This document shows, one piece after another, positions 1 through 13,510 of a DNA stretch of 64,000 bases. Positions within the stretch are counted from its first letter, which is position 1. Each line of letters opens with the position of its first letter. Position numbers and translations under genes: made by a program. The stretch covers positions 2,790,001 to 2,854,000 of the forward strand of contig JAYWIR010000016.1 in assembly GCA_036172245.1 (NCBI GenBank), read 5' to 3'. The stretch is from Raillietiella orientalis (lineage: Eukaryota). The notes beneath the pieces were generated by a model that did no database searches, was not told the DNA's origin, and saw only the letters and a list, made by a program, of their open reading frames with translations.

Positions 1-2524
1 AAGGAGTTTCGAACAGCAGACCTATAGATGTATTAAAGTGCGTGGCACATTTCCAGTGCACCCATGTCCTTGTAGAGACTTCAAATCTATATGCTTGCCC
101 AAACGTAACTCTCGTCATGGCAGCAACTTCACCGTTTCACAATTCCGCGTTCTGTGCAATATGAAAAATGGATATGCGAGCAGCGGAAGCTCGTGTTCAG
201 AAATCCCTCTTTACCTGTGACGATTGCTGAGCTGAGACTCGATTATCATAAATGCACTCGCATCAGTGTTACCTCGACCATTTTGAAAAGGCACGTACAA
301 CAAAACCATGAATCCAAAGAACGAACATTCGTGTCACAGCCTTCGTGGGTGGCTTACGCTACCACCTCCACGCACCTCCAAAGTTTCGAACTTTCGGTCT
401 CGTGGAAGGCCAGATTCCCCTTCCCGCTTCTATTCTCTATCGAGGTCCGTCCGTCTTCTCGCGCAGTGTTCGGCTTTCCCCGTTCACTCAAGTTGGCAAC
501 ATGGAGAACCACTGCACCGCTTGCTCTGTTTACCGAGTTCCAAGAAACGCCTCGATGACCTCTCCTCGTCCGCGACACAAAGAACGAAAAGACACACTCG
601 CGGTGGCGTCTCGAACGTGCGGGTCAAGCAAATCCTTCGGGGACCTCTCTCCGGTCCGAGCGGCCACGAATGGCACAAACGGCTCCGTGGGCGACTGACG
701 GACGCTACTCGCGAACAAAGAAAAATTCTTCGCAAACAAATGGAACTTGATGAAATAAAGTAGCCAAACAGCCAGTCGTTTCCAAGTGGACGTGTTGCAT
801 TTTGAATGTGCCACGGCATTCAGGTCAGGTGTGTACCGTGGTGGACCACGTGGATCACAGAACTGCAGCAACGCACGAACAACCTCTTGGCATTTCGATT
901 GCTTGAGACGGCAGGTCATGAAAAGGCTCACGACTCGCATAAGAATGCCCTCTGCAAAGTGAAGGCAGAAAGGCCAACTGTCCAAAGTGACCAGATAGTT
1001 TACAGCTGTAATAATCGGCATTGCGCATCATTTTCGTCGGATTGAAATTCGCTGAAAATGTACGATGCAGCACGAATAGTGTTTTCGAAGGGTTTGTACA
1101 CCTCTGATTGAAGCAACTCCCGGACACCGTCGTCCCTTTGGTGCCACACCTTCGACACCATTAACGCGCGCGCGGAGCGGCGGTGCCTCGACTGTTTCGA
1201 ACCTCCGGAAAACTGCTCTCCGAGATCTCTTCACTTTCGCAGCTTCCAATCTGATAATCTCCTTGGCGACCGACAACTGGCCAGAAACGCTGTGACCGTT
1301 CAAAATAAATCCCTTAACTTGGCATGGATTTGCTTATAGAGAGAAGAAAGCACTTGGGCGTGAACCGCCTGATGATGATGTTGCTACACGTGAAAGTCGT
1401 AATGTCTTGTAACGTGCGTGGACAGATCATATTCGCAGCACTCGTGATTTAAATAATTTTGTATCCTGCAACCAACGAGATTTCCTACCGGTACGAGGGG
1501 ACTTACCACGTACTTGTAAAAGAAGTGCTTACAAACCACGCTGAAAGCACACTCCCGTAATGGGGAAAACTTGAAATGGTAAGTTTCATTGGTTTACCGC
1601 ATGTGGCACTGAGCAAGGCTGATGAATGATGAAGTTTCTTGATTTGAGACGAATGATGGCATTCCATTCCTTCCTTTCCTTTTCTTTTTCCTTCTTCAAT
1701 AGTTTTGTTGATTAGAAATTTATTTAAACTTTATGGTCACTGGAATTTTTACACTCAATTCAATGGTTCTTTCCTACTGAGAAGATCATTACTTGAACAC
1801 AGAGAAAACACACACATCCCGTCGTTTTTAAAACGTTTGGCAAAGCTGCGCACTTCGATTGCAAACAGAAGAATTTCCATGATCGGAAAATGAATTGGCC
1901 GAAATTGTGCTGGTATTATCAAGGTATGCAATTCCCCCAAAACTACTTTTATTTCGAGAATTAGGAAACTCCAATGAGAGGAATTTAATATCCACAAATC
2001 AGAGTGTGAAAGCAGAAACATGATAGCAACAGAATATAGTAGTATACCAATGCAAAAATCTCTTTCTTAACTCATGCAATATCACTTGTGTTAGTTTGCA
2101 TGCAACAACTTTCAGTTAAGTTGATTTATTAAATACCAATTAGGAATGGTATCTAAAATAGTCACATCACACAGTTACAAAAATTTACACATGGACAACC
2201 CCATGGACAACTGAGTTTTTTTATCACAATGAATTGAAACTCTGATTACATGATGACACAAACTCTTTCGAGTAACACATTCTACACAGAATGCAGGTCC
2301 TTAGTGCCTCCCCTCCCGCTCCCCCCTCCCCAAAGCTAGTAACATGAAAGTCTATCACAGAACAAAAACGAAAACCAAGCAGTTCCTCTGGATCGGACAC
2401 TCATTTTTAAGGCAGGTGGCACTGAAGAAACAAGCAATATGAAATAAATATTGGTCACCATTATATAAGCAGTCTTATGGAGCTGCTGAGACTAGATGAA
2501 TGCTAGTGCAATACCATTTGAATT

Positions 2525-4504
2525 TCAAACAGCTTGTCCAATTGCAGAAGGCATCAGAGATCGTTGATCATCTAGTCTTTCAGCTTGCAGCTTCTGGATC
2601 ATACCAAAAAAGTCTTCATCTGGTATGGTAGTTGATGTGAAATTCCGAAGGCTACTGCGCTGGTCATCCAGTCTGGAACTCTGCACCAAAAATAAAAGCA
2701 TCATACACTCTCTATCTTACTTGACAATGCATCAACATGTCAAAAAAGTTGTCATCCAAGAAATCTACATTTGACTGGGAACCATAAAATTGTGAGCTGT
2801 GCTGCTTCTCTGCTGGATTGTTTGCATCACCATGCTGTGCTGCAGGAGCAGCAGCACTCAGGCTTTTTGAACGACCTAAAGCACAACGCTGGTCATCTAA
2901 TCGTTCTGATTGCATTTTGGATATCATATCAAAGAATTTCTCTTGTTCTTGGTCCAGTTGTTTAGCTTTTCTACTGTCTAAGGTACATGATGCAGCAGGC
3001 AAAGATGATGCATGCACAGAGCTTTTTGCTTTATTTCTTGCATCTGGAGTCATCTGTAATGGAAACAAAGATGGTATTTCAATTGCCAGAGTCCACTTTA
3101 CCCTAAGTAGATGCAACCGCTCCATGCTGCTACGACGTACTCGATTATCCCCTGATCCTGTTACATGCTTTGTTAATTCCCTGATGTTCATTTCGGCTGT
3201 TGCTTGTCCAGAGTGGTCTTCCACCTGAATGAAACGAATATTACAAGTTAACATGCCTCTCTTTTGTGAAAATACAGACCTCACAACATACTTGCAAGTG
3301 CTGCTGTGCATATTTCAATGCTTCTTCATGGTTGTTCAAGGCAGCATGTGCATTTCCTAAACTCCAGTAGGCTCGACCTTCTCCCACACGATCCTTTAAA
3401 CGTTTTGCAATTTCCAAGTGATGCAAATGGTACTCCACAGCTCCTTTGTAATCCTGCATGAGTGTACATGTGTTCCCTAGACTATAACATGCTTGTGCCT
3501 CCATTGCAAGATCTTCCAATTCCTTAGCCAGTTGCAATGTCCGCCTGACCAAGAAATGAAAAAAGCCTCCATGTATTCAAACTGACCTGTAATGCTCAGC
3601 TGCTAACTCAAATTCTCCCAAAAAGACATGTGCATTCCCCAAATTGCTGTGTGCTCGCCGTTCTGCTGCTTTGTCCCCATATTCACGAGCAATTCTCAGT
3701 CTCTACTTTTTGTTGGTACAGCCAACTGCTAAGTTTTTCCCATTCTATCCCTCACCTCATTGTGATGCTTGATAGCAGAGTTAAAATCACCCAGTAAATA
3801 ATAAGTATTTCCCAAATTCCCATGGGCTCTTCCCTGAGCTGCTCGATCTCCTAGTTGTTGCATCAAAAGCAGGTTTTGTCTACAATTCATAATTTGCTGC
3901 TGTACCACCCCACTTACTGATAATAGCCTGCAGCTCTTTGCAAACAGCTTTGCATCTCTGCACCACAGTCTCCAGGCTCTCGCTGACGTCCCAGTTGTTT
4001 TCCTTGTGCATGATACACATTGCCCAAATTATATAGGGCTCGCCCTTCTCCAATCTGAAAATGTTCACATATTTTCTTACGTGTCCTTATTAATTACTTG
4101 ATCCCCTAATTCTCGAGATATTTCCAAATGTCTCTGACAAAAGAGGGCTGCCTCTTCAAATCGACCCATCACTTTTAAAGTATTGCCCAGATTTCCACTT
4201 GCTTTAGCTTCTCCGAGCTGATCCTTCATAACACTACAAAACAATGCGTTGGTTACATTCCAAATGCCTCAATTAAATACCGGGCAAGACTCAAATCTTT
4301 CTGGTGATATTGTTGAGCTTTTGCATAATCTCCTAGGTAAAAGCAAGCATTCCCCAACTGACTGTAAATTGCACTGAGAGTCTTTAGATCATCTGTGCCT
4401 GCTTGGATGGCAGCTTCAAAAAAGGCAACACCTGCTTTGCAATCTCCAGCTTTACAGAGTTTCTCTCCCTCCAAGGCCAAATCAAGACAGGCTGTATTGT
4501 CCAT
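2525..4504 (-). CDS. GPSM2: Partner of Inscuteable / G-protein signalling modulator (LGN/AGS3 family): TPR repeats plus 3 GoLoco motifs, 9 exons, ~537 aa
   Basis: Hand-spliced exons (minus): 4504-4281, 4233-4098, 4054-3918, 3879-3756, 3702-3587, 3544-3280, 3224-3102, 3053-2721, 2680-2525. All introns are GT-AG and the total of 1614 nt is in frame. The protein starts MDNTACLDLALEGEKLCKAGDCKAGVAFFEAAIQAGTDDLKTLSAIYSQLGNA. It has TPRs (GEAKASGNLGNTLK, AAQGRAHGNLGNTYYLLG), the linker RVRRSSME, and GoLoco motifs FFDMISKMQSERLDDQR, FFDMLMHCQSSRLDDQR and FFGMIQKLQAERLDDQR. Confidence 0.96.
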
Positions 4505-7500
4505 GTTATTTTCTTCACGTAGTTTCCAGGATTCAGACCATCATGAATGAATTAAACCTTACAAGATAATAATCAATTTCCGCATGAGTCAAATCTGACA
4601 AGTATTTGCGCGAACGATTCATTAAACGATTTACTTTCTGCAACCGAAAAGGCAGTTTCCCACAGAATGAACATAAAAACGAGTTTCCATAAAATCGTCC
4701 CGAAATACTATCGCGCGACTGCTGGTTCTTTGGTTCACCTTCAAACCGAGTGGAAAAGTTGCCTTTTGCAAAAACTGAACGAGAATACTGGGCCGGCCTA
4801 ACTGGAAACCCACATTCGAGAAAACATCCCTATTTGTGCAGCCCCGAGGTTGGGTTACATAAAAATGGGTCTTTTGTCACCACAACTGCACGGCCCGCCA
4901 AAACGAAAGGGGAGAAAGAAAATCTCTTCCTACCTGAATACCCACAAATTCCCCAATTGCGTCGTTGCAAACCTTGGAAAGCCCTACTCTTGCAGTGCAA
5001 CGCATGTCCACGAGTGTACCATTTGCTGCTTCCACGAGCATCAACAATTTTGAATCGTACTTGCGGCGGCCGCTCGCAACGGATTTCCCGATGCCAGGCA
5101 ACGGAAACTTCGTTAATTGGGCCCTACTGCTGGCACGCTTCGCCAAGAGATCTTCCCGCCTCCTTCCCCAGCACGTAATAGGGATCATAAAGCCCAGATA
5201 AATGCAGTACGGCAATAATAACCAGTTGGATTGCCAGCGTACGATGCCAAAAGCGTGTGTGTGTACGCCAGGCGCCCGTGTACCGTTCCAAAATGTCAGC
5301 CTCGCGATTCTGCTACAACAGCTGCACGGGCACGGCAAAACCGATTCGTGCTTGGTAGTATGTGGTAGGCACCTCCGACGTCAGGGTGGTAAGATATGTA
5401 ATGTAATGTTTTCGAACGAGGTTGTCCGAATATGTGCTTGGGTTGTCCGCGACGCTTTGTTTCGATGCAAACAAACAGAAAAAGAAAAAAAAAAAGGACT
5501 GCCAGGTCGGATCACAGGCCGTCGCCGCGCGCCGCTGCTTAACAGCCCGCTCTTCTCCTTTTTTTTTTTTTTTTTTTTCGGGGGGGGGGGGGGCAGAAAG
5601 AAAGAAAAAAAAAAAAGGAAAAGGAAAGAAACGTTCGATTCAAGCAGAGCAGAAATACTCCCCGGAAAAGTTTCCCCGTCAGCACAAATCTCTTTGACGA
5701 AAAGATTCCGTCACGCAGACACAGTTTTACAGCACTGCGGCGGCAAACCGTCGAATTGTGTTTCCGAGTCGTCGTCATGGCTCCATCCGGAATTGTGTTT
5801 GGGCACAATGTAGCCACCTTAATCCAACCGAACTTATTATACCTTTCGTTAACTTTTAAGGCAGTTCTCGTGGAAGAATATTGTGCAGGCTACATCTGTG
5901 GGAAAAATTGCAATTCCAGAACGAATTCCTTCTTCTTTGCCTGCCAAGCTTGCACTTGCTTGCATATTCCTAAGCAAGTGTAGGTTCGGGGAAGTATTAA
6001 TTAGAATTCGTTGAATATTTTTGCTCAACGTGTTTTTTTTTTTTTTTTTTTTTCTTCCGATTACCGGCCGAGTAGAGTTCTTGGCTGCACCCATGCTTGA
6101 TTGCTGAGCATTGCCTTTCCCGTCCATATTTCGAACTGAGATGTATCTGTTTTCACATCTCATACGCTTATTTACGACCGAAGTCGTCCCGTGCTCGTTG
6201 TTGCTACATGCATCTGTAGGAAGAGCATAAAAGACGTACGTTCTTTCATCTGGGTGCACATAATTCAATTGGCTCAACGGAAGAAAAGAAAAGAAAAAAA
6301 AATGCTCGAGGACTTGAAAACTCGAGCGCCGATGAAAAATTAGGATTTCAGGGAATCGCACCGCGAAAAGTGGGCGGAAACGAACTGCCCTCTTCCACGG
6401 TCTTCCTCTTTTTGCTTTTTTTTTTTTTTGATTCCTCCGAGTCGTTCGCCTGACTCACCAAAAGTGATCTCGTCGCTCAGCTTCCAAACAGATCAATCTC
6501 TGTCTCGAATCCTTACCGCTTCCTTTACGGATGGTCGCTATTGGATGCTTCAAACCATCTCAGCACTTTCTAAAAAGTCACGGAAACAAACGCTCGAAGA
6601 ACGAGACTGAGGTTCGAAATCCAGTGGATCCAGTGGATATCGTCAAAGAATTTCCGCCTGCTTTCAGTTTCGCTTCGAAAAAAAAAAAAAAACTTCGATG
6701 AAGTGCAATTCAGATGCAGCCGATACTTACCGCCCGCATCTTCTAAAGGTTCCTATGCTTCGGTTTCAGTCTGTCAGAATCAGCGAAACCACTTTAATAG
6801 TTCTACGTTCGAACTCATTAACAGAAATAATGAACAAGCAAAGGACGAATGAGAGAGAACGTACATAAAGTTCTTCAGTGCTGAACAGAGCTTTTACGTT
6901 TTGATTCGCACATAGGCGGATGCAGAAGAAGTGTACACAACGATCATGGACCTCGTGTCGCATATCAGTTTCGTGTCGTCATCTGCGTTCGATGTATTGA
7001 GCAGAGGAATTTATTACCTAATCGTGGTGCTGTGCTGAAGCTGGACACACATGTATACAAATGTATGTGTGTGATATGTGACCGTGCTGCGAGATATGTG
7101 CAATCTACATGCGGTTCTTCACGCTCAATGAGCTTTGTGCGACTTTTGACTTTCAAACAAACAGCTTGGTGTCCCTGATGTGTTTAAAAGCGGAATTCTG
7201 TGCAAGGAAATACTTTCGAAGTAGACGATCAATGAAAATAAACGGAAAGCGACTCATGAGACTTTGCGAGGGATGTGCTTTCTCTTTTTGGTGCCTTGAA
7301 GTCACCGATTGCCTTTCCACTCCTCTGCACCTCGCTAAACCTCCAACGTTTTGATGTCCTAGGCTCTGCCCTGATTTCTGCTTTGTAGGGCATGGATGGG
7401 ATCGTCTGTAAGAACAAGTGTGCAATCCAACGCTGCACGCCGATTTCGCAGTTTTGCATCCGCATTATTAAAAAGATGATGAAAGGTCAAGGATAGCAGC

Positions 7501-7559
7501 AGAAACACGGGCGTTCCTTTGCCAAACACGGTTTCCGTGTCGTCACTCCCGCTGCTTGC

Positions 7560-10500
7560 ATTTTAAGCTCCAAGATCCGGAATTCTAGATGCAGCCGTCA
7601 AAGCGAGTGACGTATGAGGGAAACGGCTCAGTGTGTTCGCATGGGTGGCCCGCCAGCTTCCGTTCTCTTCTTCCTCCTGACGGTACCGGTGCCGCCACAG
7701 GCCGTTGCGATCCGTCGAATTTTGCAGATGGAGAGGCTGCGTGGACTCCATCCACTGTGGCGGATTCCTTCTTCCACCCAGTGCATCCATGTCGGAATGA
7801 CGAACCCAGGGGCAGCTCATCTGCTGTGCGTCCACTGCGGTTCTTGGTTCCGAGATGTCGGAAGATGACGTTTGAAAATTCCAAGGACCGCATCTGGAGG
7901 ACAGTGCGCTCGGTAGGATCCCGTTCTTCACGTTCAGTTCGAGCCGCACATTTTTCCCCAAACACTGCGACGGCAGACCAGTAGTTGACGTCACTGAGGT
8001 GTGCACCAGGATAAATAAATGCGTGCACGTGTGCGTGCTTCAAACACTCCAGGTGTTCAGTCCACGGAAATTGCCCTGGCAATTTCTGGCGTCTTAGTCA
8101 GGCGGTTCGTGTAAAGACGGAAACCGCCTCAGAAAGGTGACGATAGGGTGTGCGCCCTTCTTGATAAAGAGGGATCCGTGATGCAGCATGTGTCCCAAGG
8201 ATGCTGGGGACGCCGCTTTTCCGCGCCTCTTCTCCGGTTACCGACTGTATCGGCGGCGTTCGACTGGACAGAGACGACGGACCCGGACCGGGTTTCCCCT
8301 CTGCCACATCTCCCACCTCGCTCCCCCTTCCCTCGACTCACAGAGGGGTTGGTTGACGCATCGCTGCGAGGTTCCCCGCATGCGTCCTTGCCAAGTGCAG
8401 GCGATACCGAACCGAGGGGAATGGGCAGGAACCCCGGTGGTGCTGCTGCTCGAAGGGGATGCGTCGTCGCCCTCAGCACGCCACCTCCCTGTCCAGGCGG
8501 GAGCCTGGCTCCGCTCGAGCTCATGCGCGGACTTTCTGGGAGAAAGCTCCAAGGCGAAGAAGCGCATTGAGCCGCCCCTCCATGGCGCGCGCACCAGAAA
8601 AGCCAGCAGCGGTATTCCCCGCAGCCGTCCTCTTCCCCTGCACGTCTTTCCGCCTCTCTCCCGGGGGCGTCAGACGCAACTGCTGAGAGAACCACTTGCT
8701 GCCGGAGATCTTCGAAAACGAACGCGGGTTGTTTGGCAACCGATTCCCCTTCTCCTTGAGCAGCACCGGGCACGCCCGGAGATGCCGAAACCGCCAGGTG
8801 CCCGAAAGGAGAGGAGCAGCAGCTCCCAGGCGAGAAGGCAGGGAAACTCCTCCAGCCGGGCTCCGGGACCCGCCGCAAGCGACCCGGAGAGCAACAGGAC
8901 GACGCACGTGCGCTCCCCCCCTCCTCCCCCCAAAAAAACACACACAGGAACGTGCGTTCGCTTCTGGAGAAGACGTGGCGACGGCCAATCCAAACATCGC
9001 CGCCGCGCGCGAAATGACTGCGGGATTCCCGAAAGACGCACTCTTCCTCGAGGTGGGAAAGGAGGAAACGACTTCCAGTGTCCAGCGAGAGGGAAAGTAA
9101 CACAAAGTAAACACTCCGAGGGGCGGACCGTGCAGCCTTTCCTCCCCTTTCTCCCTTGCGTGGCGACCGAAGATGGCGGCGGATGGATCTCATTTCATCT
9201 CGAACGCATAAGCTTCCCCCTCCGCCCGGGGTCCGCACCTCCTTGCTGCGTGACCCTTGGAGGAGGGGAAGCTCAGCCCTTTCCCAGGATCCAGGAGAAA
9301 CCAACAATCCCAGCATGTCGGAGGAATGGGAGGGGGGAGGGGGGTAGCGAGCAGCCATGAGAGCGCGCGCGGTGGAGAGATCTCCCGAAGACGAGGCGAC
9401 CGATCCGTGGGAAACGTCGCCGGGTAGCCAGCGAGCGCGGTACTGGCGATGACGGCGACCGGGCAGGCTGGGCACCTACCTGCGTGCCACCGCGCCGCTC
9501 TCCCCGAGTCGCACGCGCGCACGTGCTACATGGGAGGCGGGCGCGTACACGCACAGAGTTTGCACGAGGACGTGCGGTGTGCCGCTCGACAGGGGGGTCG
9601 AAGGGAGTGGCGGCAGAAACTGCTTCTGAGCGCACGCTCGCCTGTTCGGTTTTCCCATTCCGTTCTTCTCTTCCCACCACCCCAGGCCGGCCGCCGTCAT
9701 CCGCGGAGGGGCTGCGCACTGTTTCGCGCGCTCACTCCCCGCCTTCGCTCGCGGCTCCGTCACGGGCGAAGTCGAGCTGCCCGCCGAGTGCCGGAGTGTA
9801 AAATTAACGGCTGGGGCCGGAAACTCTCTCTCTTTGGGCTCCGTTTTGGAAATCGATCCTGTCCCCTCCCCCCCAAAGATTTACGCGCGAGACCGCGGCG
9901 AGGGTGCGCTCGCGTTTCGAACCCACGAGGGACTCCAAGGCGACGCGAAGCATCAGCGAGCGAACCGAGTGCGCTTTCCGGACCCCATGGAAACGGCAGT
10001 TGCTGCGGCGGCGGGGGAGAGCACCCCCTCCCTCTCTTGCCGTTTTTGCCCCGCTGTCTGGGTTCGCGAGCGTAACCGCAGGGGGCTCCGTAGGGACTCG
10101 CAGACACCCCCGTCGCCCCGGACGAGAGCTTGGGTGTTGCCGGCTGGGGGACTGCCGAGGCGGCGGCCCGTTGAGCTGTCGCGCGGAGGAAAGTCGGGCT
10201 GCTGCTGCTCGTCTTCGGTTCCCCAAGGCGAAAGGCAGGCACCGTTCTCGGGAGACGAAAGAATCCGTAATCCCCCTCCCTCTCCCGAAAGGCTCCAAGG
10301 TTCCTCCTCTCGGTATCCTTGCTTCCGAGGATGGGTTTTTCCAGCACTTTTTTCCGACTCTGGCTTCCCTCGTCGCCGAAACTGACTGGTGCGTCATCCT
10401 TTACAGGGGCCGCCACCACCTCACCCCCCCCCCCCTGACCTGCGCAGCCAGGGAGATCTCCGGTGGGGTCGTCCGTTCCCAGCTTCGCTGCTGAGCTCCA

Positions 10501-11450
10501 CGTCCTCTTCCAGCACTTCCGCATCTCCCGCCTTGCTCCGAAAGGGTTGCTCCGAGTCTCGAATCCCTGTCGGAATCCTTCCCGTCATCTTGCAAGGCGG
10601 AAGGAGGCAGGATGGGAGCGTTTCTTGTGCGTGGAGCTGCGTTGAGCCTGCTGTCTCCTTGCGCTGACCGGATCAGAGCTGGCGGACAGGGTCTTTGCAC
10701 TCTGTGTTCACCCCTCCCCCTCCCCCCACCCCCACTCGAAATTTCACGACCGCGCAGAGTCAGAAGGTGGAACTTGGCTCCTCGGAGAACCGCGTCCCCA
10801 TGGAGGGGCCTTGGAGACGTCACCACCCTTGCGATCGGGACCTCTTGCTGAAAGCAGTCTCCTCTCGTGCATCGGAGAACCCGAAGACATCGTCCACCAG
10901 TCCCCCGGGGACCTCCGGTGAACTCGCTGTGTGGCACGCGTGTGACATCCCGGGACGTGCTCGGGGTGTGCCTTCGGGAGCGCGGAAGTGCATCTTCCTC
11001 TCTCCGATATCCTCATCGGTCACCCTCCTCCCCGGGAAGGAGGAGGAGGAAATTTTCTCCAAGCCCCGTGAGCTGCCCCTTCTCCGCTTCGTCCCCGTTC
11101 CCCCTTTCGAAAACGGCAGCAAACTTTTGCCTCCTCCTGGATCCCACTCGCCGCTCTGCCTGCGCTCTAGCCGAGGGCTGTGCACGCGCACCTTTCGGGT
11201 TTCCACGTGGGACCTCCTCCGTATCGAGATCGAATCGTCGCCGCGCGTGGCCAGACCTCCTCCTCCCCCTCCTCCTGCCTCACATCGCCATCTTCCCAGG
11301 TCCTGTTCTCCTAAGGGAACGGGATCCAGATGAGGGAGTTTTTTTGTCTAGTCTTCTGCGGGATATGGGCAGGGGAGGACTGCGCGCGCGCGCTCGCGGC
11401 ACCCCTCCGTATCGGTTCGCTCTCGAACACCGTCGTTCCGATGCGCGGCC
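7560..11450 (-). mobile_element. Highly degenerate L1/Tx1-type non-LTR retrotransposon relic (ORF1-like, APE-like and RT-like fragments in the expected order)
   Basis: Minus-strand fragments in LINE order. A knuckle-like segment HRVQRPCP lies near 10700. APE-like PATFPTDRSPRLREI and SSDMLGLLVSPGSWERAELPLL lie at ~9250-9430. RT-start-like SRIPLYQEGRTPYRHLS lies near 8150 and RSLEFSNVIFRH near 7880. There are many frameshifts and the matches were made by eye. Confidence 0.4.
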
Positions 11451-12549
11451 CGTGTCCTCCTTCGAGGAGCCGGTCCAGGTCTCCCCTCCCCTCCCCTCCA
11501 AGGTCGTTCTCCGCCTTTCGTGGTTTCTCGGGCTGGTTCGGTAGACGACCCTGGGGGACATCTGAAAGGGAGGGACGGGACGTCCCTCTCCCGGTTTCCC
11601 CAGCAATGGACTCCCGGTCGGAAACGCCCACGCGCCGCGTCATGACAGCGCACCATCGTCCATCGATGCTCTAATCCACGGATCTGATTAAGGGGAGCTC
11701 TTCGTACCACTGGCACGACCCCACTGGTACCGAGGAGAAGAAGGGAGGAGGAGGAGGAGAGGCTCTCGGGACGGCGCGGGCAACCGAGCAGGAAGTCGAT
11801 GGTAACCCACTTGGGGCTTGGAGATCACAGGAACCACCTGCGAGAGTGGTTGCCTAGGAGACTTCGGCGGTGCACCTCGATTCCTCCCGGAAGAGGGGGG
11901 ACTACTCCCTCTGCTGCTCTCAATCCGATTGCTCCGCGCATGCACTGGCGCTGGCGAGTCTGCAAGGCCGATCCTCCTCCTCTTCCTCTAACATTTCGAA
12001 TGTCCCTCTTCTTCTTCTCGTCCTGCGTGGCAGTGGAAAGCTGATGCAGGTCTTCACGGAAGAGCGAGGTTCTTCTTTCGCCTTCTGTTTGTTCTCCTTC
12101 CCACGGAGCTCAGCTTTCCGATGGGTGGGGAGACTGAGGTGTTCACGCACACGCCGGGGTAGCCGCGGTGACCAGCGATTTCACCTCCCGTTTCCCGGGC
12201 AACCGACGATCAGGAAGACGTCAGAAGTTGAGTTTGAAAGGAAGGAAGAGGAGCAGCAATGCCGGCGATGACAAAACAGGAAGCGGGCGGAACCCGAACC
12301 AGCGGATGCGGCACCGGCCAGCATGAAGGGGGAGGAGGAGGAAGGTGCTGAGCCCGCGTCGGAGGCTTTGTGTTTAAGGCTTCCGCGCGTGGTGCCATGC
12401 GTCGAGGGATCGAATGCTCCGGCAGAAACTGACTCCACTGCGTCGTTGGGTTCAGAGTTTCTCCTGCAATGGCTCTGGTTGGCCGAGACATTCGGGCGTG
12501 GCACCAGTAGCGGTTAAAACCAGAGATCCCCGATGAAGGCCGAAACAAT

Positions 12550-13130
12550 GGGAGTCGGCCTTTGGGTCCTTCCAGGAAACAAGGAGTGGGGAGTTCCCCC
12601 TCCAGTCGTGCAGAGCGGACTCCTCTCACCGGGGGGAACCCTCCGGTTTCAAGATGGGGGAGGAGCCTTCACAGGCACCTTCCTAGTTGTCTAAAGGAGC
12701 GGAGCCCCCCCTGTTGTGGGGGGGACCCTCCGAGTCGCCGCCTCTTCGGGAGTGCAAGGAAGCAAGCGAAAGCGATTCATCTGCGGGAAGCTGCAGCGCC
12801 CCTTATGAGTTTCTGAAGCGTCCCTTCGGGGTTCCCTTCAGAATAGTGAACAGGAGCGGTTCCCTTGCGGGTTCTCTCCGGAGAAGAAATTCCTACTAAC
12901 GGATCCTTTCCCGGGTTCCCTTCGGAGAAGATGAAATGGAGAGGACCCTTTCCCCTCCGAGGGGTGTCCCTCCAGAGAGAATGAGGAAGGTGATGCCCTT
13001 CGGGGTTCCCCTTCAGGGACAACCAGAAGATCCTCCCAGGGTGGGAGGTGCGATCCCCCTCCTGCGGGGAGATCCCTCCCCAAGAGTTAGAGGAACGGAC
13101 TCCGAACCCTTCCAGATTCATAGGGCGGAC
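12550..13130 (-). repeat. Complex repeat unit built from ~40-bp (C)CGAAGGGAACCC-containing subrepeats, reverse orientation
   Basis: Repeated GGGTTCCCTTC motifs. The segment 12807-12888 is the reverse complement of 13397-13478, with 12 mismatches in 82 nt. Confidence 0.75.
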
Positions 13131-13319
13131 ACCCCGGGATGGGAGTCCAGTGCTGTCTCCTTAGGACGATGGAAATCCTTCTTCGCTATTATTCCCTTTC
13201 AGCTTTTTTGGGGGGGGGGGGGGGGGGCGCTGAATACTTCAAGAACCAGAGGCCCATTCAGCTCTTTGAGACTGCTCCCCACCCCACCCGAGGGTGCGTG
13301 TTAATTCTTCAAGATTCCG

Positions 13320-13510
13320 CCTCTCACACCTGGGGAGGCATCTCCGAAGGGAACCTCCCAACCCTGGTTGTCTCCGAAGGGAACCCACTCCATGTTTTCT
13401 TCTCCGAAGGGAACCCACAAGGGAACCGCTCCTGTTTATTCCTCTGAAGAGAACCCTGAAGGGATGCTTCCGAAATTCAGAAGGGCGCTCCCCGAAGGGG
13501 GGGAGGGGGG
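13320..13510 (+). repeat. Same GAAGGGAACCC repeat family, forward orientation; forms an inverted pair with 12550-13130
   Basis: Tandem TCTCCGAAGGGAACC motifs at ~13342, 13372 and 13401; aligns to the reverse copy. Confidence 0.75.

Noticed and set aside
1..1600. Several 60-160 aa ORFs on both strands and a few candidate splice sites
   Set aside because: No recognisable domain, and I could not build a consistent spliced frame. A gene here is not excluded.
5550..5630. Abutting long T, G and A homopolymers (similar runs occur elsewhere)
   Set aside because: Simple slippage products; run lengths may also reflect sequencing error.
6723..6731. ATACTTACC, matching the U1 snRNA 5' end
   Set aside because: Only 9 nt, and it is equally the reverse complement of a consensus splice donor.
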